A stretch of DNA of 64,000 bases, taken from contig NIVC01000221.1 of NCBI GenBank assembly GCA_002269645.1, forward strand, positions 692,859-756,858, given 5' to 3'. The position numbers were made by a program, and so were the translations under genes. The DNA is from Macrostomum lignano (lineage: Eukaryota). Of this stretch, positions 36,317 through 49,581 are shown in pieces (within the stretch, counting starts at the first letter, position 1; every line of letters starts with the position of its first letter). The notes beneath the pieces were generated by a model. The model ran no database searches, was not told the origin of the DNA, and saw only the letters and a list, made by a program, of their open reading frames with translations.

Positions 36317-37309
36317 GCGGTCTCGATCGTGTCCGTGGAGATTGAGGAATAGACTGTAAAAATATGGTGATGACGAGCAGGCGGAGTCTGGTAAAGAAGT
36401 CAGACAACTACCATAAACTGGGCTTGTCTGTCTCTCCAAAACAGCCTTCAACCTTTACCGCCACGCTAGCCTATGGCTATATTTATATACAGAGATAAAC
36501 AGCATTTGGTCTGAGGCAGAAGTACATTCACGTTTGAGCTCTCAGCTCTGCTCAACGGTGGTTGGACCCTCTCGAGGCTTCTGGGGTGAACGGAGGGCTT
36601 TGAGAGGGCCCTCCCCGACTCTCCCCGACTCTCCCTTTCTCTCCGTGCGGTCACAATCCAGTGCGCAAAAAAGCCGAGGAACTGAGTCCCCATTCAAATC
36701 CCTTAAGCTGTCAATTTTCCCCTTCCCTTTCCACCCTCTCTCTCCTGCAGGCCAAGTCTCAATTAGACCCATGCAGACTCTATCTGTAAGTGTATCTCCC
36801 AAGCCATGGCGACTTTCAAGGCCTTCTCACATGTACTAGCAAAGCTCGCGTACTAAGAGGGAAGACAGATTGGGAGACGTCTGAAGGTATGGATTTATAG
36901 TGTACTCAGTGGCCCTCTCCATCTTTACACATGGCTCTGTTCGCCTTCTCTATCCGTGCCAAGCTGCACGCCATTGGGGAGGAGTATACAGCTCAGGCCC
37001 CGAGACAGAGACAGACGGACAGATAGATTAGGATTCTGCTGTACAGTGTTAAAACCGGATGGATCTGGCGACGGCTGGACTGGGGCGTTTTTAGCTCAGC
37101 TCCTCCTCAGTTAGTTATATTTTTCTCAATCCAACATGCATCTTTTTGCAGTGGCTACTGAAAAATCAGCATTAGTACTGTAGTGTACTTGCGCAGAGGA
37201 GCATGTCACAACTTTATCAAAATTTACCTTCAATCTTGAACCCACTAGGACTAAATATCACATTGATTGACTTATACACCATAGATATACCACATAGACA
37301 GCGTACCCC

Positions 37310-38860
37310 TAAATGCCACACACCATAGATCCCAAACCCCACAGATCCCACACCCCATAGATGCCATACCTCATAGATCACACAACCAATGGATCACCCA
37401 CCCTATAGATCCCGCACCCCATAGATCACACACCCCATGGATCCCACCAGGGGCGTAGCCAGGAATTTTGATTGGGGAGGGGGCCGTGAGTTAGGGGGCG
37501 CCAGCTTCTTAAAGGGGGGCGCCAGTTTCTTTTAGGGGAGGGGGGCGCCAGTTTCTTTTAGGGGGGGGGCGCCAGTTTCTTTTAGGGGGGCGCCAGTTTC
37601 TTATAGGGGGGGCGCCGGTTTCTTTTAGGGGGGAAGGGGCGCCAGTTTCTTTTAGAAGGGGCCGGGGGCACCAGTTTCTTATAGGGGGGGGGGGGCGCCA
37701 GTTTCTTATAGGGGGGGGCGCCAGTTTCTTTTAGGGGGGGGGCGCCAAGGCCAAAGTTGGTGATTGGGGGGGGGGGCACGGCCCCCCTTGCCCCCCTCTG
37801 GCTACGCCCCTGGATCCCACACCCCATAGATTCCACACCCCATAGATCCCACAACCCCATAGATCCCACAACCCCATAGATCCCACATCCCATAGATCCC
37901 ACATCCCATAGATCCCACAACCCCATAGATCCCACACCCTATAGATCCCGCACCCCATAGATCCCACACCCCATAGATCCCATACCTCATAGATCACACA
38001 ACCAATGGATCCCACACCCCATATATCACACATCCCATAGATCCCACACCCCATAGATCCCACATCCCATAGATCCAACAACCCCATAGATCCCACACCC
38101 CATAGATCACACATCCCATAGATCCCACAACCCCATAGATCACACACCCCATAGATCACACATCCCATAGATCCCACAACCCCATAGATCACACACCCCA
38201 TAGATCACACATCCCATAGATCCCACAACCCCATAGATCACACACCCCATAGTTCCCACAACTCCATAGATCCCACACCCCATAGATCCCACAACTCCAT
38301 AGATCCCACACCCCATAGACCACACACCCCATAGATCCCACCCCCACAACTCCATAGATCCCACAACCCCATAGATCCCACACCCCATAGATCCCACATC
38401 CCATAGATCCCACATCCCATAGATCCCACAACCCCATAGATCCCACAACTCCATAGATCCCACAACCCCATAGATCCCACAACTCCATAGATCCCACACC
38501 CCATAGATCACACACCCTATAGATCCCACCCCCACAACTCCATAGATCCCACAACTCCATAGATCCCACACCCCATAGATCACACACCCCATAGATCCCA
38601 CCCCCACAACTCCATAGATCCCACAACCCCATAGATCCCACACCCCATAGATCCCACATCCCATAGATCCCACATCCCATAGATCCCACAACCCCATAGA
38701 TCCCACAACTCCATAGATCCCACAACCCCATAGATCCCACAACCCCATAGATCCCACAACCCCATAGATCCCACAACCCCATAGATCCCACATCCCATAG
38801 ATCCCACATCCCATAGATCCCACATCCCATAGATCCCACAACCCCATAGTTCCACACCTA
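37310..38860. repeat. 16/17-bp minisatellite (catagatcccacaccc)
   Basis: Tandem array upstream of TRPM, interrupted by a hAT-like MITE. Confidence 0.94.
37448..37812. mobile_element. 365-bp hAT-like MITE with internal GGGGCGCCA repeats
   Basis: 15-bp TIRs CAGGGGCGTAGCCAG..CTGGCTACGCCCCTG; 8-bp flanking direct repeat GATCCCAC (37440-37447, 37813-37820). Confidence 0.88.
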
Positions 38861-39649
38861 ATATATTTCACACGCATAAAATCTCAAACGTGAAAGTTGA
38901 ACTAGACTAGTTGAACTGATTCAAGCTACAATGAAAATAGTACATGCAATAAATTTGAAAGAATCAAATGAAAACAATGATTGGTGCTGCTAGGGGAAAC
39001 TATAGAAAAGCCAAAGAAAGTAAAATACTTTCATTTTGTGTAATTTTTTATTCAATGCAGCTGTTGTTGGGGGGGCTTTCAACACTCCGCTCAGACACTT
39101 TTCTTGCCTTTCACTGTCACCTTTAATCAGTCACTCACGCGGTTCTCATATACACAGTCACAATCAGCATGCAGTTAATAATAAACTGTGTTTTGGACAA
39201 TAAGCTCAGACTATATAGGAGTATTTAAGGAAGGTCTTCTGGGGGAGTTGCTGCTCGAGAGTTTCCTGCGACTTGTGACAGAGTTCAGTTCACACAGGCA
39301 CTTAAGAACTACACGAGTTTACATTATTTGACCCTTCACGTAAATTATAAGTAGTAGCAATACTTTTCCCAGCTAAAATTCCTGCAGAGAGAGTTAGTAT
39401 GAAGACAGAGCAAAATTTGCATTTATTTATTAATAATTTCTATTTTGACTGTAGGCTGGTACGAGATTTTGGCACATTGCCAAATTATATACATGTAGTT
39501 TTATAAAACATATATTTATAATTTACACGTCGCTTTATTGTACACTATACTCGTACATAGCTCAAAATGGCCAGATAAAGATAAGCTAGCAAATGACTGC
39601 AAGAGGATGTGAGAGTTGAGACTATACAGATCGCGAGAAGAGAGGGGCG

Positions 39650-40140
39650 AGAAAGGAGATGAGATGAGAGATAGGATGAAAGGAGAGAGAGAGGTAGAAG
39701 AAAAAGAGAAAGGCAAAAAGAGAAAAGATGAGAGATGAAAGATAAGATTTGAAAAAAGAGAAGAGAGGAAGGATGAGATAGATGAGAGATGGGATGGGAA
39801 AAAGAGAAGAGAGGAAAGATGAGACAGATGAGAGATGGGATGGGAAAAAGAGAAGAGAGGAAAGATGAGACAGATGAGAGATGGGATGGGAAAAAGAGAA
39901 GAGAGGAAAGATGAGACAGGTGAGAGATGGGATAAGAAAAAGTGAAGGGGAGGAAAGATGAGAGAGACGAGAGATGGGATGAGAAAAGGGAAATGGAGGA
40001 AATATGAGAGATGGGATGAGAAAAGCGAAGGAGAGGAAAGATGAGAGAGATGAGAGATGGGATGGGGAAAAAAGAACAGAGGAAAGATGAGAGATGGGAT
40101 GAGAAAAGGGAAGGAGAGGAAAGATGAGATGAGATCGCGA
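39650..40140. repeat. GA-rich purine repeat (gatgagagatgggat..aaagagaagagaggaaa)
   Basis: Imperfect purine-rich tandem units. Confidence 0.85.
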
Positions 40141-40291
40141 TGATTGATGGGATAAGAAAACGAGAAGAGATTAAATATTAGAGATGATCAATGTGATGGG
40201 AAATATGGGAAAGATGAGAGAAGAAAGCTAAGAAGAGCCGGATCGCTATTCGCACGAAGCTTTAAAAGAACCCATGGGCCGTGGGGTGGGT

Positions 40292-40750
40292 TTCACAAAC
40301 GCGAAATTTCACAACCGCGAAACTTCACAAACGCGAAACTTCACAACCGCTAAATGTCATTTACTTTCACAACCGCTAAATGTCATTTACTTTCACAACC
40401 GCGAAACTTCATAACCGCGAAACTTCACAAACGCGAAACTTCACAACCGCGAAACTTCACAACCGCGAAATTTCACAACCGCTAAATGTCATTTACTTTC
40501 ACAACCGCGAAACTTCACAAACGCTAAAATTTTTGCATTTACTTTCATATACAACAAACAGTCTTTTTAGCGGTTGTGAAGTTTCGCGGTTGTGAAAGTA
40601 GATGACATTTAGCGGTTGTGAAGTTTCACGTTTGTGAAGTTTAGCGCTCATGAAAGTATGTGATTTAGCGGGTTGTGAAGTTTCGCGCTTATGAAGTTCG
40701 CGTTTATGAAAGTAGGTGATTTACAGTTGTGAAATTTCGCGTTTGTGAAA
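40292..40750. mobile_element. Foldback element: inverted arms built from tandem TTCACAACCGCGAAA units
   Basis: Left arm 40292-40525 has (tt)tcacaaccgcgaaac repeats; right arm 40568-40750 has the reverse complement gtttcgcggttgtgaa; short spacer between. Confidence 0.8.
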
Positions 40751-41559
40751 GCAACCCGGGCCGCGGATAGAGAGGCTTCGCAGTTTGCCAACCTTATACT
40801 ACTGTAGAGTTTCTGCATTTCCATTGTGAATGCTTTAGCCGTCAAGCCGTCTCATTAATTAAATACTAAATAATGGACTTCGCCTATCTCATTGGCAGTA
40901 AATGCACATTTAGCCAAGACACAACATTAGCAAAAAGCAACCCAGAACCCAGTAATTGCTAGAAATAATGGTCATTTGACCCAGCTCCTAAAGGGACTAC
41001 GAATTTTGTAAAGCCAAATTTACATAACAGGTGTGGCTTGCATCTATATATACGACTTCATGTATATTTATATACATCATTGCACTGATAGCATACCCCT
41101 AGGTATGTGAATGTGTTGTATTGATTTTTATGTAGGGTGTGGCTATTTTGTACGGTATGGCTCAGAACTCGACTTGACAATCTTGTTGAGCCCTCAAAAG
41201 CATGAGCAGGTCATACTGCAAGCTCAGTAGGATCTTCGCCAATGTTAATTAATCCCCACTAGCTACTATAAAGTCTGCCAACACTTGAAAAACGCATGCA
41301 GTGTGCCAATCATGCCAAATCCGAGTGCTTGCCAACAGCAACACTCAGGAAATGAAGTCAATAAAACTTGTTAAGCGGGGATCGTTCGATCCCAGCGGCC
41401 ATAATTCACAGTTTATCATCAAATATTCAGACCCAGACCGTGCCTGCATGCTCAAAGTACATATACATGTAAGATCTCTACAAAATCAGATCTCGTTGAT
41501 GCTACTAGCAAGTAGCCTGAACAAGTTTTCAACTCTAAAACGACGTACGAGATGTCACG

Positions 41560-41870
41560 GTTACAAGTCGCTCAAAAGACGTCAGAGTCAATTTGAAGTG
41601 TTTTATGGTCTGCGACTATGGGGCCATATAGAGTCGTATTTGAGGCGTGCTAGAGTCGACTGTATCTAGTCACTAATTTGTGTTTGAAGCGCATTTGCGT
41701 CGCTTGATCGACGAATTAGAGTCACATCTCTGGCGAAATTGAGCGCCATCGCAACGATTCTTGGACGACCCTTTCGCGACTCTTTTAGGATTCTACAAGT
41801 CACGCGACGCAACAGACAACTCTCCGTCACATTGGACGTGCTTGAGTCATTAAAAAGTCACAATTGAGTC
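41560..41870. repeat. Dispersed repeat (second copy near 48545-48860)
   Basis: Shared collinear blocks atgtcacggt.., agagtcgtat(t/c)tgaggcg, gcgactcttt, ctctccgtc.catt, ttgagtc.ttaaaaagtca. Confidence 0.75.
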
Positions 41871-42137
41871 GCTAGTAGATTCACTAGAGAATTTTTTGCG
41901 ACTAGCGATTATTGTCACGGTATCGTTTTCAACGAGCCATCTTTAAATTGGGGTTTAAGAGGTTAAAAATGAAATAACAGAAACTCAGAAAAATCCATCA
42001 AAAATATTTTCGAACGCAGAATTTTTCTTAAGACGTGGTTCAACAGCGAAGACTGTTTATTTACTATCGTAATTGTTGAATTTAAAACCCACGAGAAGCT
42101 GGAGCGAGAAAGTTTCACAACAATGAAATGCCAGGAC

Positions 42138-44334
42138 TCAGTTACTGTTGCCTTTCTGCCGAACGTTTGCCACTTTAAGCGACTTTTTCTTTGCTAAAGC
42201 CTTGCTGACACCTTTGGGTCGCTTCTTGGGCTTCTGGTGCTTGCTAGAAGGCCTGGAAGGCCCAGCTGCACTAGCTCCATCCTCCTGCATCATGAGCTGG
42301 CGCTGGCACTCAACAAACTGCTGCTTCTCTCTGCGCTCCTCGCGTTTCTCATCAAACCTGAGCTCGTCAAGCCGGATTTCCGCTTCGCGACGGGCGACCA
42401 CAACATCCGTAACAATCTTGGCCACCTGCGCTTCATCAACTTTCATTTCTTCTAGGCGACGATCAATTAAGCGTTCGACATCTTTTAATAGGGCCAGTTC
42501 GAATTGGTTGGCAAGCAGGATGGCAGTGCCAGGGCGGCCAGCGCGTGCGGTGCGTCCGCACCTGTGCACATAGTCCTTGGGCCTTGTGGGCACGTTGTGA
42601 CTGATGACCAAGTCCACTAGGGGGATGTCAAGGCCGCGGCTGCCCACATCAGTGGAGATGAGTACGCGTACCTAAAATTGTCGGGGAAGATGCCACTAGG
42701 TACTGAGATGTGTTAGACATCAGGTAACACAGGTAAAGTAGGAAAGTAGTGACTTTCACTGTAAAGTCACATAATCTAGCGAAATTTCTTTATCAAATTC
42801 GAATCCAACACTCGCGCTAGCTAAACCTGGTTGGCTATGGTGTTTTTACAAAATTTATATATACTTTATCAGCTTACAATGGTTTGCTTATTGTCAGCAC
42901 AGCATGTCTGACTAGATGAGAAAGTCAAACTCGCTATATACCCGGTGTACTAGCTGGAAATTATTATGTGTTCGATGATCAGTGGAATGAAGCCAGACCC
43001 CAGTTTAGACCTCAAAAGTGAGCTGAGCTAGATTGGGCCTGCGCCCTAGGCTGAGTTTCGTCCGTCTGACTTTGCCCTCTCTCCTTGCTGCTCTCTCATT
43101 GGCGGAGCTAGATTGGGCCTGCGCCCTAGGCTGAGTTTCGTCCGTCTGACTTTGCCCTCTCTCCTTGCTGCTCTCTCATTGGCTGAGCTAGATTGGGCCT
43201 GCTCCCTAGGCTGAGTTTCGTCCGTCTGACTTTGCCCTCTCTCCTTGCTGCTCTCTCATTGGCTGAGCCAGATTGGGCCTGCCTCTAGACTGTGTTTCGT
43301 CCGTTTTGCGTTCATCTGTGTACATTCTTTAACCCAGATACTCCTGGGGCGGCTAACCTCGAGAAAGCCAGATTGGGCCTGCCTCTAGAATCTGTGTACA
43401 TTCTTGATACTCCTGCGGCTAACCTCGAGAAAGAGGAAATTTTTGGCTACCACATTAAATTTAAGTGACACTGCGCAGATACAAACTACTGAAAACCGAG
43501 TAAACGCTCTTTACTCGCAATTGCGAGTGACATACCTACATAAGTATGAACCTACAAAACACACACAGATGGAGTCTATCAGACCAAGCACCCACCTGGT
43601 TAGACTTGAACCTAGCCAGAGAGTCCAACCGCTGCCGCTGAGTCAGGGCGGAATGCAGCAGAGCAGAGTCCAGTCCAAGCGCTTTAAACATCAAACCAAG
43701 CAGGTGACACCATTTACACTTGTTAGTGAACACCACAATCAATGAAGTCGGATTCTTAGCCAAGAAATCCGACACAATGTGTATTAGAAACGCATCCTTG
43801 ACCTGGGCGGGCATCAGGCAGTAGTACTGGTTCAAGGACTCCGGCAAGCGCGCCCCCGAACTGCCCGACCCTGACGCTGATGCAGCGGAAATGTCGTCAA
43901 CTTCTGCAGCTGAACTGTTGAACACGAAAGGCGGCTGTCGACGTTTGGACTTCGCTTCTCCTTCATCGGTAGTTTCTCCGTCTTCTCCAGCTGCTGCAGT
44001 CGCCAGAGCTGCGCTCACCGCTTCTGTGTAGGTGGCGCTAAACAACAGCGTCTGTCTGTCTGCCGGCACGGCCTCAACTATGGCTGCCAGATCGCGACCG
44101 AAATTGTCTTCTAGTAGGCGATCGGCCTCGTCCAGTATGAGGTAGCGAAGGCTGGAAAAGTGCAAATCTGACGAATTGCTGCGCACGTGATCGGCGAGTC
44201 GGCCTGCGAGGATCAAATTAATGTCAATAATTCAAAATCAATGCATCTGTTCATTTGTCTTATGAGTACCTATCAATCAACCAAACGATCTGTCTGTCTA
44301 CCACTCTACCTGTCTATCTATCTATCTATCTATC

Positions 44335-44381
<47 letters not shown>

Positions 44382-44406
44382 CCTATCTATCTATCTATCT
44401 ATCTAC

Positions 44407-44440
<34 letters not shown>

Positions 44441-44481
44441 CTGTATCTATCTGTCTGTCTATCTATCTATCTATCTATCTG

Positions 44482-44512
<31 letters not shown>

Positions 44513-44589
44513 GTGTATCTATCTATCTATCAATCTATCTATCTACCTATCTATCTATCTATCTATCTATCTCTGTATCTATCTGTCTG

Positions 44590-44660
<71 letters not shown>

Positions 44661-44663
44661 GTG

Positions 44664-44732
<69 letters not shown>

Positions 44733-45348
44733 GTGTATCTATCTATCTATCTATGTATTTATCCAAATCCCCCTTCATACCAGGCGTCCCAACAATGAAA
44801 TGCGGCCTGGCTGCTAACATCCGGCCCTGCTCAACCACATCCCGCCCGCCAGTCACGGTGAGCAGTCGGAAGTTGAGCGCCTGGCACAGAACCCGCAGCT
44901 GATCAGTAATCTGAAAGGCCAGCTCCCTAGTCGGGGTGACAACCAGAGCGTACGGACCAACCGGATCGTCCAGCAGTTGGTGCATGATAGGCAGGGCGAA
45001 GGCCAGGGTCTTGCCGGAGCCGGTCTCAGCGCAGCCAATCACATCCCGACCAGCCAGCACAGCCGGGATGCAGGCCCTCTGCACAGGGGTTGGCTTTGTG
45101 ATTGACAGAGCCGAGAGCTGACTCAGCAGCCAAGGCTTTAAGCCTAACGACGAGAATTCGCTGGTTGATGACTGAAAAGTTAGGAGAGCAGAGACTAGGT
45201 GTGGCAAAGTTACGCGCAATACGGGCATATGATTTCTATGGCATCTAGTGTGGTCTGTGGTTTGACTCCGGCCCTCGAAGCCTCTCTATCCGGCGTTCGG
45301 GTCCTTTGAAACTTCACAATAGCAATCCGGCCCGATTAATGTTTGTGT

Positions 45349-45383
<35 letters not shown>

Positions 45384-45874
45384 AAAGATAGATAGATAGA
45401 TAGATGGATAGATAGATAGATAGATAGATAGATATAAAGATAGATAAAAAGATAGATAGATAGATAGATGGATAGATAGATAGATAGATCGATAGATAGA
45501 TAGAAAGATAGATACATAGATAGATAGATAGATACATAGATAGATAGATAGATACATAGATAGATAGATAGATACATAGATAGAAAGATAGATACATAGA
45601 TAGATAGATGGACGGGTAGAGTGGTAGACAGACAGATCGATTGGTTGATTGGTAGAGAAGAGCAAACCTTCTTAGCTCTCTGGCTCTTCTCAGTTCTCTT
45701 CTATCCTCTTTTTCCTCCTCTTATCTTCTCTCCTCGCCTCTCCTCTTCTCTTCCTCCTCTCCTTTCCTCTCTTATCTCGCCTCTCCTCTCCTACGAGTAT
45801 TTCCATATTTAATCTTTCCTCTTATCCCTCATTTATTTCCTCTCATTTCCCTTTCTCACCTGGCTCGCAGCCAT
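42138..45874 (-). CDS. DDX49: DEAD-box RNA helicase DDX49/Dbp8 (4 exons, about 515 aa)
   Basis: Exons 45860-45874 (MAASQ), 44781-45171, 43596-44203, 42138-42671; GT-AG and phase-consistent. Q motif (F..LGL..W..PTPVQ), [55 protein letters not shown]; C-terminal [12 protein letters not shown] as in Dbp8/DDX49. Confidence 0.9.
43022..43290. repeat. 80-bp tandem repeat (about 3.3 copies) in DDX49 intron
   Basis: gagctagattgggcct.. at 43025, 43105, 43185, 43265. Confidence 0.92.
44320..44760. repeat. (TCTA)n microsatellite in DDX49 intron
   Basis: Tetranucleotide run. Confidence 0.97.
45350..45610. repeat. (TAGA)n microsatellite in DDX49 intron 1
   Basis: Tetranucleotide run, reverse complement of the previous array. 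Confidence 0.97.
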
Positions 45875-46669
45875 GAGCTTGAATTCTTTATCTGGTCCTT
45901 GAGATAAAGAAATTTTGCCGCCCTTGGATTGGACCAACACACGATGCTACAAGGGTTGCTATTGTCACTATAAATCATTAACTAAAATAGCTATTGTATA
46001 ACAAATAGGAAAGCTTTTCAAAAACATTTTTAAGAAACCAGGTGCTCAGGAAGTTCATTTTTTTCTATAATAATTTTCTGTTAGTTACTACGTACATAAT
46101 ATTAGTTTTATCGTATTAAATGAATCGTAAACAAATATCTACACGAATATATTAATGACCGCAATGAATTTATTTGACACTTGCAAAGAAAGCAAATATA
46201 GCTCGTTAATAACTTAATCAGCGAAATTCGCTAAACTTTGAGCAAAAATCATACCTTTATTTTTAAGTACACTTAAAGTGCCAAAATAGTAAAGCAGTAT
46301 AAAAGTAATAAGTATATAAAAATGGTGATGGCATAATGGGATGATAGTAAGAAAGGAAATAACTATAGCTACCAAGTAATTAAACTAACCGACTTTACAG
46401 ACAAAGTAAAGGAAAAAAGAATCAATTAAAAGGATAAACAATGTTTAATAATAATTTATTGCACATCTTTTATCGTTAGGAATAAGTAAAAGAACAGTTC
46501 TGTGTACGATAAATGAGTAGAAAAATATCTACATTATATAAATAAATGAGAACGAATATTGCAAAAATTAGCATGATTCGAGTCGTAGTGGGGGGGGTGC
46601 ATATAAAACAATGAATCAGATTAAACTGGAGAATATGGAAATATATATTAATTTTCCATATGTACTTAA

Positions 46670-47040
46670 AATGATATTTTCTCTATAATGCACTGTTTTA
46701 ATGAGATCAGAAGCGACAGCTTTAACCATAGACAGTTGTAGACAGATGATATTTTCTCTATAATGCACTGTTTTAATGAGATCAGAAGCGACAGCTTTAA
46801 CCATAGACAGTTGTAGACAGATGATATATTCTCTATAATGCACTGTTTTAATGAGATCAGAAGCGACAGCTTTAACCATAGACAGTTGTAGACAGATGAT
46901 ATTTTCTCTATAATGAACTGTTTTAATGAGATCAGAAGCGACAGCTTTAACCATAGACAGTTGTAGACAGATGATATTTTCTCTATAATGCACTGTTTTA
47001 ATGAGATCAGAAGCGACAGCTTTAACCATAGACAGTTTCA
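46670..47040. repeat. 75-bp tandem repeat (5 copies)
   Basis: Period 75 (ctctataatgcactgttttaatgagatcagaagcgacagc..); near-identical copies. Confidence 0.95.
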
Positions 47041-47169
47041 GACAGATTAGAAAAAAACCACAACCATAATGAATAATAATAATGATAATAGGAAAAATTA
47101 CATCCGCTCTAAATGAAGGCTTCGTACGGCTGTTCAGTCCAAGGACTAAGGGGGGGGGTGGTTGCCACA

Positions 47170-47346
47170 CACACACATACCCTCAATTACCCCAACTAAT
47201 GCTGGCACCCATTTTACAGCTGGGTGAACTGAAGCAATGCAGAGTTAAGTGTCTTGCTCAAGGTCTTGCTTGTTTCGAGTGGGTCGAGAATCGAACCTCC
47301 GACCTTTCACTCGTGAGTCTGACGCTTTTAATCACTAGGCTACTAC
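47170..47346 (-). mobile_element. tRNA-derived CORE-SINE-like element
   Basis: Minus strand has an A-box-like TAGCCTAGTGATT and a B-box GGTTCGATTC, followed by the CORE-like CCTTGAGCAAGACACTTAAC..TTGCTTCAGTTCACCCAGCTGTAAAATGGG. Confidence 0.8.
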
Positions 47347-47412
47347 CCCTACCATAGAACTTTGAACTACACAGAACGGGCTCGTGGCGCAAGAGTCATA
47401 CAGTGCATGCTC

Positions 47413-49581
47413 TCAAATGTCGTAACTATTCGCATCGGAACTTGACTTCTCGATATTATCCGGTATGTTAGGCGTAGTGGACGTCTCATCAACAGTATCA
47501 ATTGACGGATTATTGGGCTGAAATGTAGGCTGAGGCCCGTCCTTGCTATTTAAACGCCTTTTTTCTTGGTCGCTTGACTCGTTGAAGCTGCTCTGACTCC
47601 TGAGACGCGTCCATCTACGACAGACAAACCAGAATGCGATACAAATAATAGCAGCGACTACAAGACAGAGCACCACGTATCCGATGATGTTCGAAATCGA
47701 AATATCCTGTTTTTGAATAACCGATTTAGCAAGTTTTTCGCCTTCAGTACTATTATCTACAGGATTCCGACACTGCCGCATAGCTGTGGTGTTGAAACAG
47801 GCGCGAGATTCTTTAAAAGCTGTGCACTTTTTAGCATTATAAATTGCCATATAGTGAGTTGGACAAGGCCAGCAGGCGCAGTAAGAATCGTAATAGAAAT
47901 ATCCAGATTCAATTGCACAATAAACTTTTCTGATATTCTTGCAGTCATTTTGGAAGTTTTTCGGCACCTGCAATCGAAAAATTATTTAACGAGCCTATTT
48001 TTAGAGCTGAATTTTAATTCGGTCTTTTTTTATTAGAGGCAGGGGGGTTGTGTGCACCCTGGCGCACTTTAAGCGACATAGGCACACAACCGGCGAGAGG
48101 CATTACTGCCCATTCCGCCGACTCCCCTGAGCAGGCATACAAGCGCGCGGATACGTACGCAGGCACACACTCACACAGAAGTGTACAGCGGCCCACGACT
48201 TTATTTATATTTAGGCATGTACACTTCACAGTGCCTTGGGGGTTGGCTCTCAAGGCCGTTAATTGCACGAGCAGAGCCAAGCCGAGATTCCAATTCAGCC
48301 CCAAATTAATGTGACTGCACTTGGAATCGAGCCTGGGTCGCTGGCACACCAGAGCAGCTGCGCTACCGCTGGGCTACGGCTCCCCTATAATTCGGTCTTT
48401 CGCATCGCGTAAATTCTCTAAATAATGACATCTTTTCAGTCATAAGGAGGCATCGAGGAGAGAAAAGTCACCCGAAAAAAAGTCATGTGTCGCTTCAGAG
48501 TCGTTGCAGGTAAACACAGGTAAAATCGGAAAAGAAGTGAATCTAAAACGACTACATGTCACGGTACAATTCGTCAAATAGTGGACTCTTTAATAGTGAC
48601 TCCAGGGCCTTAGAGTCGTATCTGAGGCGGGCCAGAGCCTTGCATCTGACTCACTTTATGAATTAGAATCGCACTTCGCGTTCATAAAACTCTATATTTA
48701 GTCTACTTGAGTTAGTAAAATGTCAAACACAAAAACGACTATTAGACGACTTTTGCGACTCTTTAAAGATACGGCAACTCATGTGATATGCGCTCGTGAC
48801 TCGACTTAACAGTCGCCTCTCCGTCGCATTACAGTCGTTTGAGTCGTTAAAAAGTCAAAAGAGAAGCCCGAGTCCAGGGGCGTCGCCATAGATTTTATGG
48901 TGGGGGGGGACAAAAGCCGAGAATTCTAAATGTACATTATTTCCGAATCGGTGTTGTCATTGATTTTTTTGAAACCGCAGGCACTCATTTTAGCGCCGCA
49001 TGCTCTCATTTTGGCGCCGCAGGCACTCATTTTGGCGCCGCAGGCACTCATTTTGGCGCCGCAGGCACTCATTTTGGCGCCACAGGCACTCATTTTGGCG
49101 CTGCAGGCACTCATTTTGGCGCCCTGAAGCAAATTGACTATTGATTTCCATAACGGATCAACAAGGTGGGAGGGGGACAAATGGACAAGCATCGGATGTC
49201 CCCCATTGCTTCTACTGGGGGGGGCACTTGTCCCACCCCCCAGTGGCGTCAGTGCGTCCCGACATTCTTGAAAAAGTTGTTGCCGAGGATTCAATGCTAA
49301 ATGGCACGAATATTCCATCACCAATGGCTCGCAATCGACGCAAATACAGTCGCCATTGTAATACTGCCGATCCAAATCGCATTCTGGCGGGAGGTAGCAA
49401 TCTAACTGGTTTTTAGGCGTGTCTACAAAACATCTGGCTCGGTTGCTTGACAACAGGAACAGCTATATTATAAATAGGTCCAGTTTTGAAATTTATTCAC
49501 CTTTACATCCTGCTGATCATTGCCGAAACACCGACAGATAATAACAGCAGCGGCAATTAGCAGCTGAATTTGAAGATGCAT
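47413..49581 (-). CDS. TNFR-like single-CRD type I membrane protein A (2 exons, about 211 aa)
   Basis: Signal-peptide exon 49501-49581 (MHLQIQLLIAAAVIICRCFG..VK|GT, phase 0) joined to exon 47413-47967 (acceptor TTGCAG). CRD C..C..YYDSYCACWPC..C..C..C, TM IIGYVVLCLVVAAIICIAFWFVC-RR, S/T/P-rich tail. The exon join is inferred. Confidence 0.7.
48875..49248. mobile_element. hAT-like MITE (CAGGGGCGTCGCCA left TIR, truncated right end) with an internal 21-bp repeat
   Basis: Left end resembles the TIR of the 37448 element; ctcattttggcgccgcaggca repeats at 48985-49120; only TGGCG of the right TIR remains, fused to the receptor duplicate. Confidence 0.6.
49246..49462 (-). pseudogene. Partial duplicate of the receptor B ectodomain (CRD only, no TM), inside intron 1 of receptor A
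   Basis: LFLLSSNRARCFVDTPKNQLDCYLPPECDLDRQYYNGDCICVDCEPLV.EYSC..L.PRQQL.QECRDALT is near-identical to the 54536-54753 region; homology stops before the last Cys, stalk and TM. Confidence 0.8.

Noticed and set aside
46616-47176. ORF with a 25-aa repeat
   Set aside because: Translation of the 75-bp tandem array and SINE flank; no recognisable domain.
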